From a virus: a DNA stretch of 64,000 nt. Numbering within the stretch: position 1 is the stretch's first letter; each line of letters opens with the position of its first letter. This document shows, one piece after another, positions 9,140 through 17,456 of the stretch. Under the pieces are notes generated by a model. The model was not told the DNA's origin and did no database searches. It saw only the letters and a program-made list of their open reading frames with translations. The stretch is taken from the IMG/VR virus record IMGVR_UViG_3300014205_000225, positions 2,826 to 66,825 of that record; one strand, given 5' to 3'. Position numbers and translations under genes: made by a program.

Positions 9140-9595
9140 TTATTCAGCGGCGGTTTCCGGGGTAGCTTCCGGGGTAGCTTCCGGGGTAGCTTCCGGGGTA
9201 ACGGGGACGAAGTATTTGTAAGGTTTTTCTTGGGTACGGTGAACGGCGATGCCCCGTGCTTTAAGATGATGGTCGAACTGGCAATTGACCGTGGTTTTCA
9301 TCCCGGAGGTGTTTCGTTCCGGGAAAATCAGTGCGAGTTTTTTAAGCATGTCTTCCTTGGTGATGGGTCCCGCTTTAAGGGTGGACAGTATAACGGCGCA
9401 TACCCCCAGGGGTTTGTTGGCGGCGTCTTCTTTTTTTGCGGCCTCGATGCGCGCCTTGCGTTCCTCATTCTGGCGGCGCCGCTCTTCCCCAGCTTTTTCC
9501 CGCTCCGCCTTGCGCGCAGCCTTTTTAATTTCCGCAGGGGTCATCTGGGGGGCCTGGGTGGCGGCGGTTTCCACGGTAGCGGCGATTTCGGTCAT
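9140..9595 (-). CDS. putative winged-helix DNA-binding protein, first gene of leftward operon, ATPE tandem repeat at C-terminus
   Basis: AGGAGG RBS; C-terminal domain resembles that of 56616..57209. Confidence 0.7.
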   Translation of the reverse strand: MTEIAATVETAATQAPQMTPAEIKKAARKAEREKAGEERRRQNEERKARIEAAKKEDAANKPLGVCAVILSTLKAGPITKEDMLKKLALIFPERNTSGMKTTVNCQFDHHLKARGIAVHRTQEKPYKYFVPVTPEATPEATPEATPETAAE

Positions 9596-9726
9596 TGTTT
9601 CCTCCTAAAGTTGAGTTTCGGTAGCGGCGGCGGTTTTCGCCATGTACCCCCGCAAGGCACAGCGGGGGGCGGGCGCGCAAGGGGCGCGCCCGTGGTCGGG
9701 GGGCCAATCCCCCTTGCCTATATATA

Positions 9727-9744
9727 ATGCAAGTGGGTGACCAA
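9727..9744 (-). promoter_or_regulatory. sigma54-type -24/-12 promoter (leftward)
   Basis: TTGGTCACCCACTTGCAT: GG-N10-GC with TTGC. Confidence 0.55.
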
Positions 9745-9828
9745 AATGACCAAAAACCTTTAAAAAAGTGCTTTTTCCCGAAAACCCTTATAAAACAGCG
9801 ACTTACATGATCGGGGTATTTTGTTCAC

Positions 9829-9846
9829 TTGGTATGCCGCTTGCAT
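9829..9846 (+). promoter_or_regulatory. sigma54-type -24/-12 promoter (rightward)
   Basis: TTGGTATGCCGCTTGCAT. Confidence 0.55.
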
Positions 9847-9858
9847 AGCGTGGGAAAA

Positions 9859-9875
9859 GGAACAATTTTTGTTCC
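9859..9875. promoter_or_regulatory. palindromic operator/UAS GGAACAATTTTTGTTCC
   Basis: exact reverse complement of 9980-9996. Confidence 0.6.
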
Positions 9876-9979
9876 CGCCTGTAACATTTTTTGCTGTTCA
9901 TAAGTGCCCGCTGTAAATAGGTGAAATCACTGCTCTTTTTCGTGCGGAATTTGGGTATCAACAGGATATGAACAAGGCA

Positions 9980-9996
9980 GGAACAAAAATTGTTCC
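9980..9996. promoter_or_regulatory. palindromic operator/UAS GGAACAAAAATTGTTCC
   Basis: exact reverse complement of 9859-9875. Confidence 0.6.
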
Positions 9997-10069
9997 CCCC
10001 GGAAATCGGCCCTGTAAGGGGTTGGAAATCTTTTCATCCCACCCCCGCGCACAACAAAAAGAGCAGGGA

Positions 10070-10082
10070 AATCAATAACTTA
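10070..10082 (+). promoter_or_regulatory. IHF binding site
   Basis: AATCAATAACTTA matches WATCAANNNNTTR. Confidence 0.6.
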
Positions 10083-10126
10083 GCGAAAAACCATAGATTC
10101 CCCAGCAAACCTATTTTTCTGCTCAT

Positions 10127-10156
10127 TTGACTGTTCCCTTGGTATGGGATATGCTA
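10127..10156 (+). promoter_or_regulatory. late promoter upstream of terS (overlapping sigma70 TTGACT-17-TATGCT and sigma54 TTGGTATGGGATATGCT)
   Basis: both spacings fit exactly. Confidence 0.55.
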
Positions 10157-10246
10157 GTTTGTACCCCGCAAAACAGTCAACAACCCAGATCCCCAAAAAA
10201 CAGCACTGGGATCAACCATACCCATATCGAAAAGGAGACCGCTACA

Positions 10247-11050
10247 ATGGCCAGAAAGTACCACGCCCATCAAAAAACCCACCTCACCGAGGAGGCAATT
10301 CCGCAAGACATACGGCAAGACGCCACCCAAGCTCTGTTAGTTACCACCCAGCAAAATCCCCTCGATACGGTACAGATAAAGGATCAAGATACAGGGGAAT
10401 TCCTCCCCATTGAAGAGGTAATCGCCCAGTACAGAAAGGCACCTAAAGGACCGGGAGGAGCCCCAGGTACATATGATCCCGAATTCCACCCAAGGGCCGC
10501 GTTTTTATTATGCGCCGAGCACGGGTGTAACCACCCTACCCTTGCCACTCATTTTGGTGTTTCCCCTTCTACAGTAAAGGCCTGGGTATGGCGTTATCCA
10601 GAGTTCGCGGTTTCTGTAAAAAACGGATGGAGTTATCACATGGTCAATTCCGCGGAGCGGGCGCTGGTTAAGCGCGCTTGTGGCTATGTTCACGAGGAGG
10701 TGAAATATGCTCGAGTTCCTATATATGAAACGATCTTTACACCAGCCGGGGAGCCCCGCAAGGTTGTTACGGGGTTCGAGGAGGTAGTCGCCGAACGCAC
10801 GGTTAAGCAACAGCCCCCGGATACTACCGCGCTTATGTACCTGCTACAGAACAGGGATGGCGCCAGGTGGAAGAATGTGCGCAAGGTGGAACAGCACGTG
10901 CAAGTAGACCATACGTTGCCAGGCACCCCCACCACGGCCACCCCAGCGCAAGCCGTGGTCGAGCTTACAACCGCAGAGCTAGAACAAGTGTCCGCCACGG
11001 CAGCCCGCCTTGGCATGTTACCGGGCACGGGCACGGGGAACGCTGGGTAA
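10247..11050 (+). CDS. terS: terminase small subunit
   Basis: HTH (LATHFGVSPSTVKAWVWRYPEF), ALVKRACGY, PPDTTALMYLLQNR..W; precedes terL. Confidence 0.85.
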   Translation: MARKYHAHQKTHLTEEAIPQDIRQDATQALLVTTQQNPLDTVQIKDQDTGEFLPIEEVIAQYRKAPKGPGGAPGTYDPEFHPRAAFLLCAEHGCNHPTLATHFGVSPSTVKAWVWRYPEFAVSVKNGWSYHMVNSAERALVKRACGYVHEEVKYARVPIYETIFTPAGEPRKVVTGFEEVVAERTVKQQPPDTTALMYLLQNRDGARWKNVRKVEQHVQVDHTLPGTPTTATPAQAVVELTTAELEQVSATAARLGMLPGTGTGNAG

Positions 11051-11054
11051 CAGG

Positions 11055-11260
11055 TGGCCGGGGAACCGCGCGGGACAGGGGTACCCCCCCACCATACCCA
11101 AGGGCAACCATACCCAGGGGACCGGGACCGGGGGACAGCGGGGGGACACCCCCCAGGGCAGGGCAGGGGGACGGGGGGAGCCCAGGCACACGGCGCCGGG
11201 GGGGACCGGGGCAGGGCAGGGGGACCGGGGGGGCACCCCCCCCCCCTTGCCGGCGGATAC
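11055..11260. repeat. G-run-rich non-coding region between terS and terL
   Basis: many GGG+ tracts, repeated CAGGGCAGGGGG, GGGGGG..CCCCCC hairpins. Confidence 0.7.
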
Positions 11261-11416
11261 CACCCATAGAGGCTGGTGCGGGCTCCCAACAGGATACGGG
11301 GAAATTTTCTAGGATATAGGAAATGACCCCTTTTTCCTAATAAGGGGTGAAAAATAAAAAGGGTATTTTGCCGGGGAAAAATTTTTAGAAATTAGGAAAT
11401 AGGGGGACCACTGATC

Positions 11417-12877
11417 ATGACACGCACAATGCAGGATGCAACAATGGCGCAGGTAGGGGCCATGTTTGGTAATAAGAAGGTGATGCAGGCAGTACAAAAG
11501 GAGCTTGCGACAAGGAAGCTGCGGTCTTTCATAAAAACGATGTGGAGATACTTGGACCCGGCGCCGTACATACACGGATGGCACATTGATTGTATTTGTG
11601 AGCATTTGGAAGCGGTGTTGGCCGGGGATATTAGGCGGTTGTTGATTACGATGCCGCCGCGTCATATGAAAAGTATTGCGGTTTCTGTTTCATTCCCTGC
11701 TTGGGCATGGTTAAGTGATCCGAAACTTCAGTTTTTGTTTGCTTCGTATGCGCATACGCTTTCCATTCGGGATTCGACTAAGTGTCGGCGGGTTATTGAG
11801 AGTCCACTTTATCAAGAGTTTTGGAAAGATTCCTTTCAGTTGACTACTGATCAGAACACTAAGATCCGGTTTGACAATGATCAGGGTGGGTATCGAATCG
11901 CAAGTTCTGTGGACGGGGCTATCACTGGGGAAGGTGGGGACATCATAGTGGTGGACGACCCGCATAACGTGAGACAGGCAGAAAGCACCACTCAGCGCCA
12001 GGCAGTTTTGGACTGGTGGGACGAGGCTATGAGCACTCGTTTGAATAACCCAAAAACTGGTAGGATGATCATTGTTCAACAGCGTGTCCATGAAAACGAC
12101 TTGGCCGGACACGTTATGGAGGTGGGGGGATGGACTCATTTGAACTTGCCTGCTAGATATGAGTCTGATAACAAATGTATCACTCCAATATGGAAAGACC
12201 CCCGTGTTTTGGAAGGAGAATTGCTTTGGAAAGAGCGTTTCGGGGAAGAAGAGATGGTTGCTCTGGAACGGGCGCTCGGGCCTTACGGTACGGCAAGCCA
12301 ACTTCAGCAACGCCCTTCGCCAAGAGAGGGGGGCTTGTTCTTGGCCGATAAAATAGGGATTCATGAATTTGCCGTTGGAATGGTCCCGGAAAACGGGTGG
12401 GTCCGTAGCTGGGATAAAGCCGGTTCCGTGCTCACAGGGGCTTATTCCGTTGGGGTTAAGTTCGGAAAAACAAAAGATGGAAGATTTGTTATCGGCGATG
12501 TTGTTCGAGGACAATGGGGCAGCGCAAAACGAGAACGCATGATAAAACAAACTGCGGAAATGGACGGTAGCCTCTGTCCAATTATCATAGAACAAGAGCC
12601 TGGATCTGGTGGAAAAGAGTCTGCGGAAAATACGGTACGCAACCTTGCCGGGTTTTTCGTTATTGTGGACAGACCTACCGGAAACAAAGAAACCCGCGCA
12701 TATCCCCTCAGTTCTCAAGTAAACATGGGAAATGTTCTTCTGCAACGCGCCCCTTGGAATAAAGCCCTGTTAGACGAATTTCGAATGTTCCCAAACGGAA
12801 AATACAAAGACCAAGTGGACGCCACGAGTGCAGCATTCAATTATCAATGTGGGAAAAGAGTTGCAGGAGGGTGGTAA
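11417..12877 (+). CDS. terL: terminase large subunit
   Basis: MPPRHMKS, ITGEGGDIIVVDDP, SWDKA, EQEPGSGGK, FPNGKYKDQVDA. Confidence 0.97.
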   Translation: MTRTMQDATMAQVGAMFGNKKVMQAVQKELATRKLRSFIKTMWRYLDPAPYIHGWHIDCICEHLEAVLAGDIRRLLITMPPRHMKSIAVSVSFPAWAWLSDPKLQFLFASYAHTLSIRDSTKCRRVIESPLYQEFWKDSFQLTTDQNTKIRFDNDQGGYRIASSVDGAITGEGGDIIVVDDPHNVRQAESTTQRQAVLDWWDEAMSTRLNNPKTGRMIIVQQRVHENDLAGHVMEVGGWTHLNLPARYESDNKCITPIWKDPRVLEGELLWKERFGEEEMVALERALGPYGTASQLQQRPSPREGGLFLADKIGIHEFAVGMVPENGWVRSWDKAGSVLTGAYSVGVKFGKTKDGRFVIGDVVRGQWGSAKRERMIKQTAEMDGSLCPIIIEQEPGSGGKESAENTVRNLAGFFVIVDRPTGNKETRAYPLSSQVNMGNVLLQRAPWNKALLDEFRMFPNGKYKDQVDATSAAFNYQCGKRVAGGW

Positions 12878-12905
12878 TTTAGCGATAGTACCGCAAAGGA
12901 GGAGA

Positions 12906-12990
12906 CGGTCGGAAACGACCGCCCCGCAGCGGTCGGAAACGCCCGGTCGTTTATATAGTAAAGAAAAGGGTCATTTTTAAAAGCTATATA
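12906..12990 (+). repeat. origin-like element; 31-bp exact inverted copy of a segment inside the replication initiator gene (61024-61054)
   Basis: AACGACCGCCCCGCAGCGGTCGGAAACGCCC plus shared AGAAAAGGGT and AAAAGCTA. Confidence 0.8.
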
Positions 12991-13034
12991 GCAAAAAATA
13001 AACCTAGTGAAACTGATGTAGGAGACTATTGGAA

Positions 13035-14513
13035 ATGAGAACAAATAAAACTAACCCCTCCACCAATGTCCAAGACGACCTCCGATTCCAAGCCCTCTCC
13101 ACTCTCGTCTCCAGGTCCGTTCTTTCCTCTTATTTGGGCCAGAGTTATAACGGGAACCGAGACCTGTACGCCGCTCTCGGTTATGTGGGGGACTCCGAAT
13201 TATCGTACAACCACTACTATGCTCGATATGCGCGCCAAGATATCGCCCAGCGACTCATTGACGCCCCGGTGACAGCAAGTTGGCGAGATGTTCCGAAACT
13301 TGTAGATGGAACAGAGGGTAATGACGACTCTACTACCGCTACACCATTTGAAAAAGCCTGGGCAAACCTTGTGCGAAATAGAAAACTGCGGCTGTTTAGC
13401 GCATTTCAGAATGTTGACAGGTTTGCCGGACTTGGTCAGTACGCGATTCTTGTGCTTGGATATGAAGGAGACGCAAATCTGAGTCTTCCTGTTATCCCTT
13501 CCCAAAACAAGAAATTGGCATACCTTCGAGCATTTGGGGAGGGTAGCGTGGGGATTGGTACATTGGAAAACGACCCGGCAAACCCCCGGTATGGAATGCC
13601 CAAATACTACACTATCAAATCAACAACGATGCCGCAACGGGATATGATCAGGAATATCCATTGGTCTCGGATTATCCATGTGATTGACGGCCTCACGGAA
13701 AGCCCAACTTACGGGATCCCACGTCTTAAATGCGTTTTCAATCGGTTGATGGATTTGGAAAAGGTGGCCGGGGGTAGCGCCGAGATGTATTGGCGTGGCG
13801 CACGTCCAGGCATGCAGTTTGACCTTGACCCAGAAAGCATGATGACCCCGGAAAGCAAGGACGCTTTAAAGACGCAACTGGACGAGTACGAAAACAACCT
13901 GCGCCGTATTTTGAGAACGCAGGGGGTTAAAATCAACCCATTGGCCCCTCAAGTGGCGGACCCCGAAAAGTTTATTGATACACAAATCACTCTAATTTCT
14001 GGGGCTACCGGAATTCCAAAACGGATTCTTACAGGAAGTGAGCGCGGGGAATTGGCAAGTACACAGGATGCGCATAACTGGAACACCATTGTTCATGAAC
14101 GAAGAACCGATTTTTGCGAACCTAACATTTTGTGCCCGTTCATCGAACGCATGATCGAGCATGGGGTTATCCCGGAAACAGACGAAGGGTTTTATACGGT
14201 GGAGTGGCCGGACTTGTTTGCCCCATCGTCCAAAGAACAGGCCGAAGTTTCCAAAATGCGAGCGGAAGCATTGATGATGTACTGCAACAGCCTTACCGGG
14301 CCATCTATTATCCCTCCGGCTGTGTTTGTGGAACTTATCATGGGCTTTGACGGAAGCAAGCTCAAAAAGATTCTTGATGCAATGAAGGAATTTCAAGGTT
14401 CTGAAGATGAGGCCCATATTTTCGAAATTATGGGGACGGATGATGCCGCGCAAGGGGGGCGTAATCCAAATCAAGAACAAGAAGAGGAAGAAGAAATGGT
14501 GGGTGCAGAATGA
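13035..14513 (+). CDS. portal protein (DUF1073 family)
   Basis: RQDIAQRLIDAP, IHWSRIIH, SGATGIPKRILTGSERGELAS; position after terL. Confidence 0.9.
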   Translation: MRTNKTNPSTNVQDDLRFQALSTLVSRSVLSSYLGQSYNGNRDLYAALGYVGDSELSYNHYYARYARQDIAQRLIDAPVTASWRDVPKLVDGTEGNDDSTTATPFEKAWANLVRNRKLRLFSAFQNVDRFAGLGQYAILVLGYEGDANLSLPVIPSQNKKLAYLRAFGEGSVGIGTLENDPANPRYGMPKYYTIKSTTMPQRDMIRNIHWSRIIHVIDGLTESPTYGIPRLKCVFNRLMDLEKVAGGSAEMYWRGARPGMQFDLDPESMMTPESKDALKTQLDEYENNLRRILRTQGVKINPLAPQVADPEKFIDTQITLISGATGIPKRILTGSERGELASTQDAHNWNTIVHERRTDFCEPNILCPFIERMIEHGVIPETDEGFYTVEWPDLFAPSSKEQAEVSKMRAEALMMYCNSLTGPSIIPPAVFVELIMGFDGSKLKKILDAMKEFQGSEDEAHIFEIMGTDDAAQGGRNPNQEQEEEEEMVGAE

Positions 14514-15412
14514 GCGCGTTATCCTGCGCCTGTAATTCCGCCGCAAGAACCGACCCGACGCATTCGTTGATCTTACGAAAAAAATTTGAGGCGGAGTTTA
14601 AACGCCGGTATACCAGAGTGAAGCGAACCATCGTTGATAGCATCGTTGTCAATGACGCTTTTGGAATAAACAGAACACCAGATAAATTTTCTGGGATGGT
14701 GTTCATGCAAGCGGCGCAGCCTGGACAATTTTCTGGGCTGACGTTGGACGAACAGGTCGCGGCCTTTGACGAGTGGTTTGCGGAAGAACTTCGCATGGAG
14801 ATAGAAGAACAGGCCGACCCGGAAAAAGAGGAAAATTCCTTTCTTTGGTTGCTTATCTTGGCGGCTTTTGGAAAGGGGCTTTTTCGGGGTCGGGCGGAAG
14901 CGGCCCGTGCGGGGTATCCTGTCACAAGATACACCGCTACACCCCTCCCACGTCAGATAATGGCAAACCCAGGTGTGAGCGAACGGGTGTTCTACATACT
15001 ATCTAGATCTTTTGAAGATTTGAAGGGTGTAAACGTAGCCATGCGTTCAGAATTGCGGCGTATCTTAGCCCAGGCTATCACAGAAGGCGTGGATACGAAA
15101 ACAATGGCCCGAAGAATCACCGCCATTATTGACAGTATCGGAATTAGAAGGGCTACGCTGATTGCAAGAACGGAAACCATCGCTGCGCATCACATGGCGA
15201 ATATCGCGGAGTACCGTGCAGCGGGTGTTATCGGTGTTCGTCTATTGGCGGAATGGGTAACAGCCGGGGATGCCCGTGTATGCCCCAAGTGTCAGGAACT
15301 TGCCAGAATGGACAATGGCATGGGTCCAGGTATCTATACGTTAGATATGATTGAATTTATGATACCCGCGCACCCTGGGTGTCGATGTGTCGCTTTACCA
15401 ACATCAGTATGA
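14510..15412 (+). CDS. minor head morphogenesis protein (SPP1 gp7/Mu F-like)
   Basis: RATLIARTET, TAGDARVCPKC, PAHPGCRC. Confidence 0.92.
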   Translation: MSALSCACNSAARTDPTHSLILRKKFEAEFKRRYTRVKRTIVDSIVVNDAFGINRTPDKFSGMVFMQAAQPGQFSGLTLDEQVAAFDEWFAEELRMEIEEQADPEKEENSFLWLLILAAFGKGLFRGRAEAARAGYPVTRYTATPLPRQIMANPGVSERVFYILSRSFEDLKGVNVAMRSELRRILAQAITEGVDTKTMARRITAIIDSIGIRRATLIARTETIAAHHMANIAEYRAAGVIGVRLLAEWVTAGDARVCPKCQELARMDNGMGPGIYTLDMIEFMIPAHPGCRCVALPTSV

Positions 15413-15483
15413 GGCGTGTAAAATAAATCTATTTACTTCGGAATATCTCTGGTGTATTTTAAATATTGATTTGGAGGTTTTCT

Positions 15484-16932
15484 ATGCGCACTCGACATGA
15501 AATATTTCATCAGGTAAATAATAGAGGCGCACTTCTTCCTATTCGTATTGAACAATACGAAGGGAAGCCTCACATGGTGGCCCCCGTGGTTTTTTTGGCG
15601 GAAGGTGTCCACTGTGGATCTAACGGCCCCTTGTATTACCCGTTATCTGAATTAGAAACATTTGTCGAAGCCTGGAATGGTGTCCCGGTAGTGGTACAGC
15701 ATCCTCAGGAAGGAACAGCAAACAGCCCCGCTGTGATTGATAGGCAGGGAGTCGGGCGGCTGTTCAATGTCTATCTAATGAATGATCGTCTCAAAGGCGA
15801 AATTTGGATAGACCAAAACAAATGCCGCGAACAATTCCCGCAAATCCTTCACTACTTGGAAACAAACCAGCCCCTGGAAGTATCCACAGGGCTTTTTACA
15901 GAAGACGATGGTGTTGCTGGAACGTGGAATGGAGAAGAGTACGTTTCTACTACACGGCACTATCGCCCAGACCATTTAGCCCTGCTCCCAGGTGGAACAG
16001 GGGCGTGTAGTTGGGCGGATGGATGCGGGGTTCGTTTAAATCAGGGACAAGGAGAGGACATTATGGCAAAATACCAACCCATTATCACGGTGAACCAAGA
16101 AGACCTTCGGGAACGAGTTGATAAGGTTCGCAGAGTAGTTGATAGCCTGGATTCCCCCGTTGCTATCAATTATACCCTTGCCATTTACGAGGATTCCGTG
16201 GTATATGCTGTTGAACCCGGCTCGCAGTCGACCCCAGGTATCGGAAGGAAGTGCTACAAACGGGGGTATACGATGGACGCCGCTGGGGCCGTATCCCTTT
16301 CCAACGATATTCAGGAAGTTGTGGAAACCAGATCTTTTAACCCTGTTTCGAGTCTTGCAAATAACAACTCAACCGAGCATTCGCAATCAAAGGACGAAAA
16401 CAACGATGAAGGAGGTACTGTAATGGCAAAAAATACGAAAGAACGTGCGGACAAGGTTTCGGCGCTGCTCGCCACCAATGCGGGTTTTTCTGAAAACGAC
16501 CGGGCAATGCTGGAAGGTTTGGAGTGTGCCCAATTCTCCAACATCGAAAAATTGGCTGCGCGCCCTGTGGAGGTAGTTGCCCAAAATACCGCCCCCACCA
16601 TCATTGACACCGAAGAAACGCTGCTTGCTGTTGTTTCCCCGGAACTGAAAACCAAGGTCGAGATGGGTATTGCTGCCCATAACGAGTCTCGGGCACAAGC
16701 GATCAGCACCATCAAAGCAAACGCCGCCAATCCGTTCACCGATGATGTGCTGAACACCAAGTCGCTTTGCGAATTGGCCGCTTTGGCCAAGTTGGCTGGC
16801 GCCTCCGTACAAGCCCCGGCTGCTCCGCAAACGAGTTTCGCCGCAAATGCTGGTGATGCCCCTCCGGCAACTTCTGGGGGAGACGCTGTGGAACCCTTGG
16901 CAATCCCCAAAATGAACTGGGAACAAAAATAA
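15484..16932 (+). CDS. prohead protease/scaffold (DUF2213 family)
   Basis: WNGVPVVVQHP, LEVSTG, PDHLALLP..GACS; low-complexity scaffold C-terminus. Confidence 0.85.
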   Translation: MRTRHEIFHQVNNRGALLPIRIEQYEGKPHMVAPVVFLAEGVHCGSNGPLYYPLSELETFVEAWNGVPVVVQHPQEGTANSPAVIDRQGVGRLFNVYLMNDRLKGEIWIDQNKCREQFPQILHYLETNQPLEVSTGLFTEDDGVAGTWNGEEYVSTTRHYRPDHLALLPGGTGACSWADGCGVRLNQGQGEDIMAKYQPIITVNQEDLRERVDKVRRVVDSLDSPVAINYTLAIYEDSVVYAVEPGSQSTPGIGRKCYKRGYTMDAAGAVSLSNDIQEVVETRSFNPVSSLANNNSTEHSQSKDENNDEGGTVMAKNTKERADKVSALLATNAGFSENDRAMLEGLECAQFSNIEKLAARPVEVVAQNTAPTIIDTEETLLAVVSPELKTKVEMGIAAHNESRAQAISTIKANAANPFTDDVLNTKSLCELAALAKLAGASVQAPAAPQTSFAANAGDAPPATSGGDAVEPLAIPKMNWEQK

Positions 16933-16958
16933 TTTTCTTCTGACAAGGAGGTAACATC

Positions 16959-17426
16959 ATGGCATGGACGAAACGTAACACTGTGCTTCTCAAGGACTAC
17001 ACCGGGATTCGCGAAGAGTTTGTGGCTGCGGCGGCAATCGCTCCCGGACACCTGTGCGAAATTACCACTGCCGGGAAAGTGCAGGTACACAGCGTTGCAA
17101 CCGGCAACGTCACCCCCGCCCTCATTGCCCTGGAAGATTCCATGCAGGGTAACGATGTGGCGGACAACTATGCGGCTGGCGCGGTGGTACAATGCGCCGT
17201 TGTACGTCCTGGCGACCGGGTCCAAATGAAGGTCAAAGACGGGCAAAACATCGCTATCGGCGACAAACTGGAAAGCGCCGGAGACGGTACGGTTCAGAAA
17301 CATACCGTGGACTCCACTGGGGTTTACTACTACAAGAGCATCGTTGGCATCGCTCTTGCAGCGGTGGACATGAGTGGTTCTGCCGGGGTTGACCCTGACG
17401 GCTTCATCGACGTAATGATCGTTTAA
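16959..17426 (+). CDS. head decoration/cement protein
   Basis: position before MCP; IAIGDKLESAGDG motif. Confidence 0.75.
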   Translation: MAWTKRNTVLLKDYTGIREEFVAAAAIAPGHLCEITTAGKVQVHSVATGNVTPALIALEDSMQGNDVADNYAAGAVVQCAVVRPGDRVQMKVKDGQNIAIGDKLESAGDGTVQKHTVDSTGVYYYKSIVGIALAAVDMSGSAGVDPDGFIDVMIV

Positions 17427-17456
17427 TTTACACCATACCCAACAAGGAGGAATACC

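Noticed and set aside
9859-9996. GAAC...GTTC palindromes as LexA (Cheo) boxes
   Set aside because: The spacer is 7 nt, not the 4 nt of the Gram-positive SOS box. Kept as an unknown operator/UAS.
10690-11319. Several overlapping Gly/Pro/Arg-rich ORFs
   Set aside because: Artefacts of the G/C-run region, which has few stop codons.
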